Source: Octopus vulgaris
Taxonomy: Eukaryota
NCBI GenBank assembly: GCA_951406725.2
Contig: OX597835.1
Location: forward strand, 28,024,001-28,088,000
DNA: 64,000 nt
Direction of reading: 5' to 3'
Part shown: in pieces, positions 38,947 through 53,185 of the stretch
Numbering within the stretch: position 1 is the stretch's first letter
Layout: every line of letters begins with the position of its first letter
Program-made: the position numbers and the translations under genes
Notes under the pieces: model-generated
Told to the model about the DNA's origin: nothing
Seen by the model: the letters and a program-made list of their open reading frames with translations, nothing else
Database searches by the model: none

Positions 38947-40122
38947 CATATTACTCTACCCCTGGTATTTGAGTACTCTTTTTTCCACCTTGTTTCACAT
39001 TTATGTGTTTACTCCGGTATACATATATATATATATATATATGTATGTCAGTATATATATATATGTCATACATACACACGTACATAGATTCATTCACACG
39101 CAAATAAATTCATTGATACATACACACACACACACACACACATATACTCATATGTATAACGGTTTCTCAATCCAACACAACATCAGCTATTTAAAGGGCG
39201 GGGGAGTTCGTCAACGCCGTCAACACCAGTATTTTGCTGGTACTTTATTTTATGGCCACCTCTCGCCTCACCCCGAGCGAGATGGAAGGCGAAAATGAAC
39301 TGAACAAGATAAAGAGCCGGATATAAGCATAACACACACACACAAACACACACACACACCAATACGCACACGCAAACGCACGCACATATCATTTAACGTC
39401 CACATTTCCATGCTTTTTATGGATCAGACGGAATTTGTCGAGGTAATTTTTCTATGTCGCCAACCTTTACCTGTTTCCAGACAAGGCAGTAATAATATGT
39501 CCCCATGGCCAGACATGCTTTTCATAGGGGATTGAAAAACAAAAAAAAAAAAAAATCGCTTACACCACGGTGATGCCCGTTTACAACGATCACATGATGT
39601 CAAGTGAAAGATACATACAAGTACATATATATATAAAGAGTCATCATACATATAAGCGTGTGTGTGTGTTTGTGTATGGATGGATGGATGTGTAGGACAG
39701 GCATCTTCCAGCTACCTATTTCTTTGCTACCCCCAAGGGGCTAAACACAGAGAGGACAAACAAGCAGAGACAAACGGATTAAGTCGATTTTATCGACCCC
39801 AGTGCGTAACTGGTACTTAATTTATCGACCCCGAAAGGATGAAAGGCAAAGTCGACCTCGGCGGAATTTGAACTCAGAACGTAGCTACCATCTACCAAAA
39901 TCCACTCGCAAACCTTTGGTTGGCCCGAGGCCCTAGTAAATGCCATTCGCCCAAGATGTCTCGCAAAGGAATTGACCTCAAGACCACATGCTTAAGAAGC
40001 AAGTTTCTTAACACAGAGCCTATTATACACACACACACACACACACACACACGCACGCATATATATGCGATGGTGAATGTGTGGGGGGGGTCTGCTTTTT
40101 AAATACACACACACACACACAC

Positions 40123-40300
40123 CATGTACCATGTTTTCGCAAATAGTATACGGTGTCTGTAGAGTCGCAAGCCGAAAGAGAAACCCTCGCCCTGCCGTCG
40201 TCGCGCTTCCCTCAATAGAAGATTCAGAATGTGACAGCTCAGCTGCAGGGCGAGAAGAGTACACGGGGAAACGAAGTGCTTACACAATGCGCTGCCCTGT
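40123..40300 (-). other. Unique CpG-rich island, possible minus-strand exon
   Basis: Non-repetitive and CpG-rich. Candidate acceptor CTCTTCTCGCCCTGCAG; ends AAAACATG|GTACAT or ATGGTACATG|GTGTGT. Frame not established. Confidence 0.3.
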
Positions 40301-40474
40301 CTAAATATTGAACCTTTGTGGTTATACAATATATACAAGGATGCTTATATGTGTGTGTGTGTGTGTGTGTACGTACGTACATACATACATACATAAGAGT
40401 GGGGGAACGAGAAACAGAAATTTCATATACAGATATATTTATTTATATTTATGCGTGTATGCATATAGTACGCT

Positions 40475-40530
<56 letters not shown>

Positions 40531-41891
40531 CACAAGTATTATATATATGCACACACACACGCTATATAAATTTGTGCATATATATATATGTACAAATATT
40601 AAAGTGTACACACACACACACACACATACATACATATATATATATATATATACATATATATATACATACATGTATACACACTCATACACAACACAGGTAT
40701 TTAGAATTATCTACATGTATATATAAATGTAATTAAATATATATAAATTCATGTAAATGAATATATATATGTATTGCGTGTATGTCTATGTATTTATATT
40801 TATGCGTGTATGCGTATAGTACGCTTATATATATATATATACAAGTATTATATATATGCACATACACACACGCTATATGTGTGCATATATATGTGCAAAC
40901 ATTAAAGTGTATACACACACATATATATATATATATATATGTGTATGTGTGTGTATACACCCATATAAAAATATGTACGGTTACACACACATATATGTAG
41001 ATATATATTTGCATACACGCATGTAAATATATACATTTACACATAGGTGTGTGTGTGTGTATGCGCGCGTACTAATATGTAAATATATGCATTTGAATAT
41101 ATATATACATTGAAATGTACATTACACACACACAAATATGAACAAACATGTATTGAGGGTGTGTGTGTATATATAAAAATATGAGTGTATATATACATGC
41201 ATACACACATATATATATTCATTTACATGAATTTATATATATATTTAATTACATTTATATATACATGTAGATAATTTTAAATACCTGTGTTTGTGTGCGT
41301 GTATATATATATATATATGTATACACTTTAATGTTTGTACATATATATATATATATACACACATGCATATATACACATACACAGATTGACAGCTGTATCT
41401 ATGTATATATATATGTGTGTATTTATGCACATATATTGGTGTGTAAATATATTTATATATCTATGCATTGATGTATATGTATGTATTTATAAATAGGTGT
41501 GTGCTTTACGTTGTTGAACATATATATGTATGTAGTCATGCACACAATATATATATATGTATGTATGTATATTTGCATTTATGTAAATATTTATGTATAT
41601 AGGTATTTACATAGATATTATATTGATGAATATACACATTAACTGCTATAGATATATATATAGATAGATATGTATACATACATTCACAGTGATATACATT
41701 TATATATTGAAAGACATCAATTGAAAAACGGGAAATGATGACACTTACCACATACACACAATAAGGACATAATTCACGTGAAGAAATTGGAATGCTACAT
41801 TCACATTTTCACGTAATCGTTCCTATGTACATACTATATCCATTGAAAAGCAGTCAAGTGAATGTTTTCGGTCACCCGTATCTTTACATAC

Positions 41892-41911
41892 CAGCAGCAC
41901 TGAGCGGCCAT
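41892..41911 (-). CDS. Candidate first coding exon of a minus-strand gene (MAAQCC-TG, phase 2)
   Basis: Minus strand reads CTTCAAAATATGGCCGCTCAGTGCTGCTG|GTATGT: A-rich Kozak context, YY1-like motif over the ATG, consensus donor, and promoter motifs upstream. Confidence 0.5.
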
Positions 41912-42380
41912 ATTTTGAAGAAGTGATAGCTAAATGACTTCGTTCGATGGTATAGCCAATGTCAATCAATCAACCACCTGTTTGTACATGAGAGTGAGAG
42001 CGACGGAGACAGGGAGGGCGTGAGAGAAAGAGAGAAAGAGATGCGAGAGAGACAGAGAGAGAGGAAAGGAGGTTAATAAAAAAAAGGGAGGAGAGAGAGT
42101 AGAAGTGTTAGTAGAAGGAAGAGTCAGGGGGAAAATATAGAAGCAAACGAAATATGAATAAATAAATAAAAAAGCCAGCAAAAGCTCTCTCGATCGCCCG
42201 TTTTCAATACCGTCTTCTTAGAAACATTATCGGCAGTTTTCGTTCCGATCCTGGAAAAACCAATAATGCATTGGCTGTCGGCTCGAACGCAAAGAAGCAG
42301 CAGCGAGCACGGCAAGCAAGGCAAGGCTTTGACGTCACTGCAAAGCTTTGGAAAACTAATTTATTTCTCGTCATCCAACA
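41912..42380 (-). promoter_or_regulatory. Putative Pol II promoter region
   Basis: CCAAT at ~41956, inverted CCAAT pair CCAATAATGCATTGG at ~42260, perfect CRE TGACGTCA at 42330-42337, GA repeats, CpG-rich, free of SINEs. Confidence 0.5.
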
Positions 42381-42596
42381 TTTGCTGTGTACGTGTGTGT
42401 ATGTGTATATGTGTACGTGTGTGTATGTGTGTGTGTATGTGTATACGTATGTGTGTATGTAGTTAAGGTGAGTTGGTATGCATGTTTTACACGTATGCTG
42501 TGTGTACGTGCAAGATTAGTATTAATGCGCACACTCACGTGAGTATATGTGCACACGCGCGTATTTTTGATATATACATGCGCATACACACACACA

Positions 42597-42705
<109 letters not shown>

Positions 42706-42836
42706 GTATGTATATATAATTTTTGTATGAATGAATGGAATGAGAGATCGAACGAATAATATGCAAGTGATTGGGGTGATCAAGGGAATAAGTGTGTTTA
42801 GTACCTATGTGTGAGTGTGTAGTTATATGTGTATAT

Positions 42837-42892
<56 letters not shown>

Positions 42893-43492
42893 GTTTGTAT
42901 AATTATATATGTACACACAACACGCGCACACAAACACATACACAAACACACATACACACACACACACAAACACACACACACACGTACCCAATACACTCCA
43001 TCCATCCATCTCTCCCATCACCTACTTTCATATTCACTTCGCTCCCATCATCATCACCCCCATTCATTCATTCATTCATTCATTCATTTTCTCATTCATT
43101 CCACTCACTCAATACGCACAAAAATGATGGATATATAAACATATACAGGAAACAAACATTCATCGACAACAATTATACACTCAATTACGATTTTTTCCCT
43201 CCACCACCACCACCATCATCACAATCACCGCCACTTTTGTTTCAACCTCTGTCTCTCTCTCTTTCTCTGTCTTCCTCTTTCTTTCTTTCTCTCTCTTTCT
43301 CTCCGTGCCCGTCTTCTTTCTTTCGTTTCTTTATGAGGGGAAGAGGGGTTATCAGGTAGTTTATTTCGCTTTTGATTTATATCGTCATTTGCCAGAGAGA
43401 GAGAAATGTTTAGCGAGGTTTCGTCATGGCCAGACATAATAATATTAACATAGAGAATAAACATGCACGCTAGGTGCAAGGACTGTCACACA

Positions 43493-43493
<1 letters not shown>

Positions 43494-43558
<65 letters not shown>

Positions 43559-43596
43559 CTTCTTCTTCTTCTTCTTCTTCTTCTTCTTCTTCTTCT
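43494..43596. repeat. (CTT)n microsatellite
   Basis: Directly visible; gives poly-L and poly-S artefact ORFs. Confidence 0.97.
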
Positions 43597-43668
43597 GCTT
43601 TTTCATTTTTTTTTATTCGCTCGTGCTCGTTCTCTTTCTGTCAGTCTCGTTTTTTTCCCTTCAGTGTT

Positions 43669-43705
<37 letters not shown>

Positions 43706-43767
43706 ATCTTCTTCACTCATAAGCTATCTTTATCTTTCTCTATCTCTTTCTTTCTCTCTCATAGTTG

Positions 43768-43799
<32 letters not shown>

Positions 43800-43834
43800 T
43801 GTGTGTGTATGTGTATATGTATATATATATATAT

Positions 43835-43910
<76 letters not shown>

Positions 43911-43956
43911 AAATATATGTGTGTATATATATATATATACACACATATATATATAC

Positions 43957-43989
<33 letters not shown>

Positions 43990-44094
43990 TAAAGACTTTC
44001 ATATGTATATATATATATATATATATATACATATCCATCTATCCATCTAGCTCTTCCTTTCATTATATATTTATTTATATGTACATGCATACAT

Positions 44095-44161
<67 letters not shown>

Positions 44162-44264
44162 TACATACATACATACATACATACACACACACACATACAT
44201 ACATACATACACACACACATACATACATACATACATACATACATACATACATACATACATACAT

Positions 44265-44301
<37 letters not shown>

Positions 44302-44704
44302 TACATACATACACACACATACATACACATACATACATACATACACACTCACACATATACACATACATACACACACACACACACATACATACATATCTGC
44401 CTTTCTGGTCCATTGCATTTCCCATCACACACACACACACACGCACAAGTCTCTTTCTTTCTCACATGCAAAAAAAAAATCTATATGGATGTGCGAATAT
44501 TTTTTATTACTTTTATTATTATTACTATTTTATATATTTCTTAAGTAGGCCAAGATAGAGAAATAAAATATCATCAGGTAAAAGATAAAAAAAATTGATT
44601 ATAATAAACGTTTAAAAATTCCTTTCGTTTTTTCCCCCTCGTTCTATCCTTCACAACATGAAGAAGAAGAAGAAGAAGGCGAGCAACAAAACAAAAAAGG
44701 TGTG

Positions 44705-44752
<48 letters not shown>

Positions 44753-44841
44753 GTACAAATAATCAAAAATAAATGGTTAAATAAATAATTCTATCAATTT
44801 CTCTATCTCTCTCAATCTCTCTCTCAATCTCTCTCTCTCAC

Positions 44842-44876
<35 letters not shown>

Positions 44877-44990
44877 ATGCATGTGTATATATATATGTGT
44901 GTGTATGTACATATGTGTATGTATATATTTATGTATGTGTGTGTGTATTATATATATATATGTATGTATATATTTATGTATGTATGTGTG

Positions 44991-45025
<35 letters not shown>

Positions 45026-45082
45026 TGTGTATATAAATACACAGGCATACATGTATATAGATAGAAAGACACACACACACAG

Positions 45083-45133
<51 letters not shown>

Positions 45134-45178
45134 GAAAGACAACATACACATAGGTATGTATATACATATATATGTGTG

Positions 45179-45219
<41 letters not shown>

Positions 45220-45374
45220 ACACATACATATATGTACATATACATACATATATACATAAATGCGTGTTTTATGTAACTCAAAGTCAGTCCCGGTTGACTG
45301 GACTTAAGACAGAGTTTAGGGGTCATCAGTAACCCCCCACCCGCACCCACCCCTAAAATAAACATCTGTTCGAT

Positions 45375-45412
45375 GTATTGCTTCCGGGGCTTATATCGAG
45401 AAAATGGTAAGG
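45375..45412 (+). other. Candidate first exon of a plus-strand gene ending at the start codon (ATG 45404-45406 | GTAAGG)
   Basis: ETS-like CTTCCGG at 45381, then GAGAAAATG|GTAAGG, in CpG-containing unique sequence. No downstream exon identified in the window. Confidence 0.5.
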
Positions 45413-45730
45413 CGATCCTTTTGACAAGGAGACTTGGCTGCTGTTTCTAGCCGGCTTGATCGGCAGCATTTACCAGCACCCTTCCCTTCTCCATCTCCGA
45501 CCCCCTACAGCGTTGTCTCGTGTGTGCGCGCGTGTGTGTGTGTATGTGTGTGTGTGTGCGCGTGTGGCAGCAGTAGGGGCGCCAGAGTAGGTGAAGAAAT
45601 CGTGTCAAAATCTTTTATTTTTGATATGTTCACATGATTAAAAGAAAGCCACAATGAATCCACGTAACTACTATTGTCATCGTCGCTGTAGTTGTTGTTA
45701 ATACCTATATATATACATATATACATATAT

Positions 45731-45765
<35 letters not shown>

Positions 45766-45966
45766 CTACTTTCATTATCGATTTAGTCAAACATTGTCAC
45801 AGGATTTCGCGTTTCTTCTTTTTGCTTTCTTTCTTTCTTTCTTTCTCTCGTTCGCTCGTTCATTCATTCTTTCTTTCACTCCTGCTTCTTTTACACACAT
45901 CATTTCTTCCTTTCTCATATGCATTCGTCCTTCTTTATTTACACTATATACTTTCTTTCCATCTCT

Positions 45967-46146
45967 TCGTCTGTCGTCACGTTCTGAGTTCAAATTCCGC
46001 CGAGGTCGACTTTGCCTTTCATCCTTTCGGGGGTCGATAAATTAAGTGCCAGTTACGCACTGGGGTCGATGTAATCGACTTTATCCGTCTGTCTGTCCTT
46101 GTGTGTCCCCTCTGTGTTTAGCCCCTTGTGGGTAGTAAAGAAATAA
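45967..46146 (+). mobile_element. SINE family B, 5'-truncated
   Basis: Nin-type core and tail; flanking ACTTTCTTTCCATCT occurs on both sides (TSD-like). Confidence 0.85.
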
Positions 46147-46702
46147 TACACTTTCTTTCCATCTATAATTATCTATTTTATATGTATTCTTCCTGTCTTT
46201 CATTCTTCTTTACTTTTCATTTCGTCTTTCCTTCTTTCCGTATTTCATTTACATTATTTGCTTCTTTCTTTCGTTCGTTATTCCCTCTTTCTCATAAACA
46301 TCCTTGATTCATTCATATACGTTCTTCCCGCTTTTCTTTCCTTCTTTTTTCTTCATATATACCTTCTTTCTTCTTGTCATTATATCTTGTTTTCATTATT
46401 TACTTTCTCGTACACACACATACATATACATATATATATATGTATGTCTGTGTGTTTGTATGTATGTATATATTCTTCCCTTTTTTTTTCTTTACCTGCC
46501 TTTTTCCCCCTTTACTTCTAGTTAGATCCTCCTTACTTTCGCTTTCCTTTCTCATTTCCTTTCGTTTTCTTTTTTGTACGCGCAAGCTTTCCTTCTTTCT
46601 TTATATGGTATCTATCGTTCTATATTGATTTCTATATGCATATCTATCTACTTATCTATTTGTATGTGTGTATGTGTATCTATTTATCTATTTATCTATC
46701 TT

Positions 46703-46740
<38 letters not shown>

Positions 46741-46742
<2 letters not shown>

Positions 46743-46972
46743 ATTTCTTTATTGCCCACAAGGGGCTACACACAGAAGGGACAAGCAAGGACAGATAAAC
46801 GGATTAAGTCGATTATATCGATCCCAGTGTGTAACTGGTACTTATTTAATCGACCCCGAAAGGATGAAAGGCAAAGTCGACCTCGGCGGAATTTGAACTC
46901 AGAACGTAACGGCAGACGAAATACGGCTTCGCATTTCGCCCAGCGTGCTAACGTTTCTGCCAACTCGCCGCC
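46741..46972 (-). mobile_element. SINE family B inserted in (CTAT)n
   Basis: Full copy flanked by CTAT repeats that extend to ~47305. Confidence 0.9.
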
Positions 46973-46979
46973 TATCTAA

Positions 46980-47050
<71 letters not shown>

Positions 47051-47063
47051 CCTACCTACCTAC

Positions 47064-47104
<41 letters not shown>

Positions 47105-47134
47105 ATCTATCTATCTACCTACCTACCTACCTAC

Positions 47135-47197
<63 letters not shown>

Positions 47198-47218
47198 CCT
47201 ACCTACCTACCTACCTAC

Positions 47219-47308
<90 letters not shown>

Positions 47309-47780
47309 GTGTGTCTGTCTGTCTGTATTTCTATTAATCTATCTACTGTTGTCTTTTTATCTCTCGAACAATGCCCTTTCTTTTTCTAACTTCATATTTT
47401 CGTGTTTTACCCCTTATGACACCCTCCTTCTATTTTTATTTCTTACAGTGTTCTTACGTTCTTGTGCTACGTTCCCTAGTCGTCTTGGCCCTTATGACCA
47501 AATGAAAGGAATTATTATTTCATCAAGTAAGTTCAAATTCCGCTGAGGTCGACTTTGCCTTTCACACCTTTCAGGGTCGATGAAATCAGTCCCAGCTGAG
47601 TACGAAGATCGATATAATCGCCTAGCTCTCTCTCCTCCAAAATTTCAAGCCGAGTAAAGCCAGAATCGGTAGAGTAACGACCGAAATGGAATTTTGTGTA
47701 GTATTTAGTTATGACACTTTAATTTTGAATTCAAATCCCGCTCAAATCGATTTTCTTTCAGCCTTCGTGGCACTCTGTCG

Positions 47781-48214
47781 GGATCTTTTCGGTTTGAAGG
47801 ACAGTTTTTTAAATAATTTCCACGTAACTAAACACTTTTAAACTTCATATACTGGTAGAATGTGTTTATAAAACATCTTATTCTCCTGGCTTTATTGAGA
47901 AAATTCTATAGTTTGTAAGATATTTGTTGTTGTTTTTTTCTGCAATTTCTGCAATTTCAGCCAATCAATGACGTCTATTGAGGTGAAAACATTCTGTGCC
48001 GTATGAATATGTCCCTCGTTTAAGAAACAGATTGGGTTTATTTACATTTCTGAAGAAAAAAAGATACCCTTTCCCCCACCCCTAACCCTAACCCTAACTA
48101 ACCCTAACCCTAAAACAGATTGAAATGCAATAGATCGATACTAGGGTCATAATTATGGGTGACAATTTCATATGACACCGCTAGAAAAAACTGCCGTTCA
48201 AACCGAAAAGATCC
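47781..48214 (+). mobile_element. Merlin-like MITE copy 3 with ~5 CCCTAA units, inserted in a SINE C tail
   Basis: Same TIRs; TSD CTCTGTCG/CTCAGTCG. Excision restores the SINE C tail GCACTC.GTCGGTT.CGACGACGAGGGTTCC seen at 12172. Confidence 0.9.
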
Positions 48215-48545
48215 CTCAGTCGGTTACGACGACGAGGGTTCCAGTTGATCCGATCAACGGAAACACGTGTACCCTTAACGTAGTTCTTGGGGAGATTCAG
48301 CATGACACAGAATGTGTCAAGGCTGGCCCTTTTGAAATACAGGTACAACAGAAACAAGAAGAAACAGTGAGAAAAAGTTGTGGTGAAAGAATACAGCAGG
48401 GTTCGCCACTACCCTCTGCTGGAGGCTCGTGGAGCTTTATATATTTTCGCTCAATAAACACGCACAACGCCAGATCTGGGAATCGAAACCGCGATCCTAT
48501 GACAGCAAATCCACTACCCTAATCACTGGGTCATTGCACCTCCCC
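48215..48545 (-). mobile_element. SINE family C (tail type 1)
   Basis: Matches 12165-12550. Confidence 0.85.
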
Positions 48546-48859
48546 ATAAGATACATCACCTATCAGCAACTTGGATTCATTTGGTGGACTTAATATCTCT
48601 CTATCAAAAGCCAATTTGTAATTATTTTTCTATTCTTTTTTCAATCTTTTGCTTGTTACAATCATTGGACAGCAGCCATGCTGGAACACGACCTTGAAGG
48701 GTTTTAGTCTATTGTTTCTGTTACAATCGCCTATATTTGCTCTGGTACTTATTTTAGCTACCTGTGTATATATTGATTGGATTCGTTTACCTTGAGTTAT
48801 ATTCGGGGGAGAAGAGTTACAGCTTGTTAGGAGGTGATACTGGAAATGTATGTGAATAT

Positions 48860-49230
48860 ACAAAACGCCGCCGCCGTGGTGATCTCATTCTTGCTCACAA
48901 TATCATAAGCAGAAAGTTTAACCTCTCGAAAGAGCTGTTCTTCACTCCTGCTCCTGAGCGTTGGCTGCGGGGTCACTCTGAAAAGCTCTATCTGCGACGA
49001 TTTCATCTCAATCGAAGGAGAGGGGCTTTCTCCATCCTGGTAGCGGATCTGTGAAATAAGCTGCCGGATGAGATAGTGAAGATGCCGACAACCTCTCGGT
49101 TCAAAGTCTCTCTTGACCAGAAATGGCCTGAACTCTTTGCATGAACACCCTCCCTGTACATAACTCCATGTCCCCCTACATGGACTTGGTTTTTGCTTTT
49201 TGAGCCAAAAAATTAACTTAACTTAACTTA
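48860..49230 (+). mobile_element. CR1-clade LINE 3' end
   Basis: RRRRGDLILAHNII..LRGHSEKLY..RRGAFSI.VADL*NKLPDEIV..FKVSLD, followed by a short UTR and (TAACT)n tail. Confidence 0.85.
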
Positions 49231-49583
49231 TATACATGTGTGTGTGTGTGTCTATAAATGTGTGTGTGTATACATATATATGCATGTTTTAAGAAGACCC
49301 TTCAAGTGAAGTGAAATTGTAGGTGTGGCTGATGCAGGTGTCACGTAAGTTGCATCCATGCTGGTGGTACGTAAAAGGTACCCATCGCATTCTTGGAGTG
49401 GATGGTGTTAGGAAGGAAGAACATCTAGCCAAAGAAACCATGCCAAATCAAACTGGAACCCGGTGTAGCCCTGCGTCTTACCAGTTTCAATCAAATCGTC
49501 TGACCCATTCCATCATGGAAAGCAGATGCTAAATGATGATGATGATGTGTGTGTGTGTGTGTATACACACGTATGTATATGTG

Positions 49584-49878
49584 TGGCACACAGTTGAGCG
49601 AGAGAGACCAACAAAATTCCTTGTAACACCAAAGATGAACTGAAGGCAAGGATTATTGCAGCATTGACCAACTTAAACATGGAGACTGTCCAGAAGAGTT
49701 GCAGGAGATTCCGAAGTCATCTGGAGGCTGTGGTTGAAGCCAATGGCGATTTTATTGAATAAATCTACTCTTTAGAATTTCAAGATATTTTCATGTTATT
49801 TTGGTAAATATACCTGTTAAAATGTATAATTTTCGTTTTTACATAATTTAGACAACAGTTTATTCACCACACCCTGTA
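49584..49878 (+). mobile_element. Tc1/mariner-superfamily transposase C-terminus and right TIR
   Basis: VERETNKIPCNTKDELKARIIAALTNLNMETVQKSCRRFRSHLEAVVEANGDFIE*; ends CACCCTG|TA. Confidence 0.82.
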
Positions 49879-50162
49879 TGTATGCCTTATATATATTATT
49901 ATCATCATCATCATCGTTTAACATCCACCTTCCATGCTGGAATGAGTGGGACGGTTTGACAAGAGCCAGCCAGGCAGAAGCCTGCACCAGACTCCTGTAA
50001 CTGATTTGGCAACCACTCAGCAGAGTGGACTTAGTACTTTTTACATGGCACAAGCACAAGTGAGGTCAGTTTTGGCAAGGTTTTTTACAGCTGGATTCCT
50101 TTTGAAACATCAACCACTTTACAGTGTGGACTGGGTGCTTTTAAGCAGCACCTGCACTGAGT

Positions 50163-50462
50163 GAAAACACCTAAAGCTCTACGAGGCTCCGGCAGGGGGG
50201 TGGGGCGATCCCTGTTGTACTCTTTCGCTCCAACTTTCTCTCACTCTTTCCTCCTGTTTCTTGTCATCGACTTCCTAAGCAACCGCTGAGCCTCGATGCG
50301 CATTCATCCATTCGTCGATGCTCTCGGTGTCGGGGATTAACCTGCTTTCTCTTCTGTGGGACTTACAAATAGCCAAGGACCACGTTTCGGACTTCTACAG
50401 ACAATCCTGAGATGTGATCTTGCGAGCTCTGGGATGAAGACCGCTACGCTCAACAAACAAAC
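50163..50462 (+). mobile_element. SINE family C body with tail type 3
   Basis: Body AAAACACCTAAAGCTC.ACGAGGCTCCGGCAGGG..CAACTTTCTCTCACTCTT, then a unique tail ending (ACAA)n. Confidence 0.7.
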
Positions 50463-51224
50463 AAAGCAGCACCTGCACTGAAAGGGTCACCAAGTACTTG
50501 CAAGACAAAACAAAAAAACCCTTTTGAGAGGGGAGGATGCATTGCAGGAGGTGATCTTGTGTCAGATGATGAAAAGTTATAGTGAGGCAGAGAGACAGAA
50601 ACAGGTGTCTTGCTGTTGAGGAGGTACAAGTTTACCTGGCTGGAGAGAGGGAGAGAGATCAGGAATGAGGACAGAATCAAGTGTGCTGCCACAAAGGAAA
50701 TACATGGTTACCCAACCTGAGGGAAGTGCAGGAGAAGGAAAGAGAGAATGGGAGACAGCGGGATAGAGATGGTGACAAAGTGCTGGGCATACGCAATGAT
50801 ACAATGAGACAGGGCGTGGGCAGAACACGGAGATCAGAAGCTAGCAGAGAGCAATGCTACAGTGGCACAGGGGCCAAGAGGACAGGATTGCGGTGTGGTA
50901 GGTAAGCCTAGTGCATGAAGGGGAAATGAGTAAGAGAAGAGATGTTGCTTGGTTTGTTATGGTAGAGTGTGAGTGAAATTTTCTTGTTAAGTGTGGGTGG
51001 AACACGCAGCTCTTCTAGAACTCAGGTTCACTGACGTAGGCAGGTCTTCTCAAGAACTTCATATTACCAGATATCATCATCGTTTAACATCCACCTTCCA
51101 TGCTGGAATGGGTGGGACAGTTTGACAAGAGCCAGCAAGGCAGAAGCCTGCACCAGACTTCTGTAACTGCTTTGACAGGATTCTTACAGCTGGATGCCCT
51201 TCCTAATGCCAACCAGTTGTCATT

Positions 51225-51660
51225 TCCTCTGTGAGGCCCAACATCCTGAGGTTAGTCCTTACTACTTCATTCCATGTCTTCCTGAGTTTCCCTCTTCCTC
51301 AGGTACCATCAACTTTCAGTGATCGGCACTTCTTTATGCAGCTATCCTCATTCATACACATCACATGTCCAAACCAACATAGTCTTCTCTCTTGCATGCT
51401 ACATTTAATTCCTCTTATGCCCAACTTTTCTCTCAATACATTTGCACTTTGTTGTACAGGCACACTGATGTTTCACATCCAACAGAGCATACTACCTTCA
51501 TTTCTCTCAAGTTTACACATGCCTTCTGCATTCAGAGCCCCTGTCTCACTACCATATAACATAGCTGTTCTCACACAAGCATCATACAATCTACCTTTCA
51601 CTCTGAGAGAGAGTCCTTTTCTTGCCAACAGAGGTAATAGCTCTCTGAATTTCCTTCACC
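51225..51660 (-). mobile_element. RTE-clade LINE ORF C-terminal region (pseudogene)
   Basis: Minus strand translates to RKFRELLPLL..KGRLYDACVRTAMLYGSET..LREKLGIRGI..ERRLCWFGHV..GRGKLRKTWNEVV. The 213-aa plus-strand ORF is its antisense. Confidence 0.88.
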
Positions 51661-51679
51661 CATTTCTTATTATATATTT

Positions 51680-51878
51680 TGTTTTTCAGTCATTTGAAAG
51701 TGACCATACTGGAGCACTGCCTTTATTCAAGCAAATCGACTCCCAGGACTTATTCTTTGTAAACCTAGTACTTATTCTATCGGTTGCTCTTGCTGAACTG
51801 CTAAGTAACAGGGGATGTAAACGCACCAGCATCAGTTGTCAAGTGATGTTGGGGAGACAAACACAGACATAGACATAC

Positions 51879-51919
<41 letters not shown>

Positions 51920-52082
51920 ACAGGCTTCTTTCAGTTTCCATCTACCAAATCCACTCACAAGGCTCTGGTCGACCCGAGGCTATAGTAGAAGACACTTGCC
52001 TAAGGTGCCACACAGTGAGAATGAACTCGGAACCATATGGTTGGTAAGCAAGCTACTTACCACACAACCACTCTTGTGCCTA
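51680..52082 (-). mobile_element. SINE family A
   Basis: Full structure on the minus strand. Confidence 0.85.
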
Positions 52083-52213
52083 TATATATGTATATATTAG
52101 GAAGAGCATCCAGCCATAGAAACCAAAACAAACTATGGAAACTATTGCTACCCCAGCCCCTAGCCTTGCCAGTTCGTGTCAAGCTATCCAACCCATACCC
52201 AATGAGCAAAACC

Positions 52214-52257
<44 letters not shown>

Positions 52258-52258
<1 letters not shown>

Positions 52259-52467
52259 GTTAATCCAAACATGAAAACACAAAGAGAAAACACAACAACG
52301 CGAGGACGTGGAACAAGTATAGTATTATTGGACGCTCGGGAAAGAAGGAAAGAAGGAGGGTTTAATGTTTCGAGTGGAGCTCTTTGTCAGAAACATAGGA
52401 GAAGGAAAGATCTAAAGAAGGGAAGACAGAGGAAAAAAAATCGCCAACAGTACACACGTGGGTGTCA
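52258..52467 (-). mobile_element. Short hammerhead-bearing element family H2 (CpG-decayed hammerhead at 52360-52394)
   Basis: Reverse complement of 53183-53385. Minus strand reads GTTT-CTGACAA-A-GAGC-TCC-ACTC-GAAAC-ATT-AAAC; 3' end abuts (TA)n. Confidence 0.75.
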
Positions 52468-52817
52468 CTAACTGGCACCGATGCTGGTGGCACATAAAAA
52501 GCACCTTTTGAGCATTGGGCCTCACAGAGGCAAAGTGTCCAATGCCGGTGACTCATGAAAAGCTCCTTCCAAGTGTTGGGCCTCATGGTATTATGTCATG
52601 ATTGAGAAGAAGACCCTTCAAGCTGAGCAGAATTGCAGTCATGGCAGATACCCATGTCATGCAAATGGCACCCATGCAGGTGGCATGTAAAAGCACCCAT
52701 TATACTCTCTGAGTGGTTAGCATTAGGAAGGGCATGCAGCTGTAGAAAACATGCCAAATCACACTGGAGTTTGGTGCAGCCTAACAGCTTGCCAGCTCTG
52801 GTACCTAAATATTATGC

Positions 52818-53012
52818 CATGATAGATCGTTAGCTCCTACAAGCATTTTGTCTCTCCTTGTTTTTTTCTGTGTATCTTTCTGTCGACGAGCGTAGGCTCG
52901 AAACATAAAAGACTTTTTCTATTTCTATTCCTGAGCGCTATACTAATACATTTGTTTGTTTGTACTCCACCTGCCTTCGTCTTTTGTTTATTTTCATAAA
53001 CCTTCCTGTTTT
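52818..53012 (+). mobile_element. Short hammerhead-bearing element family H1, copy 2
   Basis: Same ends as 17657-17855. Hammerhead at 52876-52911 reads CTTT-CTGTCGA-C-GAGC-GTAG-GCTC-GAAAC-ATA-AAAG. Confidence 0.75.
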
Positions 53013-53137
53013 ATATATATATATATATATACTCTTTTACTCTTTACTCTTTTACTCTTTTACTTGTTTCAGTCATTTGACTGCAGCCATGCTGGAGCAC
53101 CGCCTTTAGTCGAGCAAATCGACCCCGGGACTTATAT

Positions 53138-53185
<48 letters not shown>

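Noticed and set aside
50340-50420. CGAAACGTGGTC on the minus strand of SINE C tail 3, possible hammerhead half
   Set aside because: No CUGANGA core with matching stems found.
51231-51872. 213-aa hydrophobic plus-strand ORF
   Set aside because: Antisense of an RTE ORF fragment running into a SINE.
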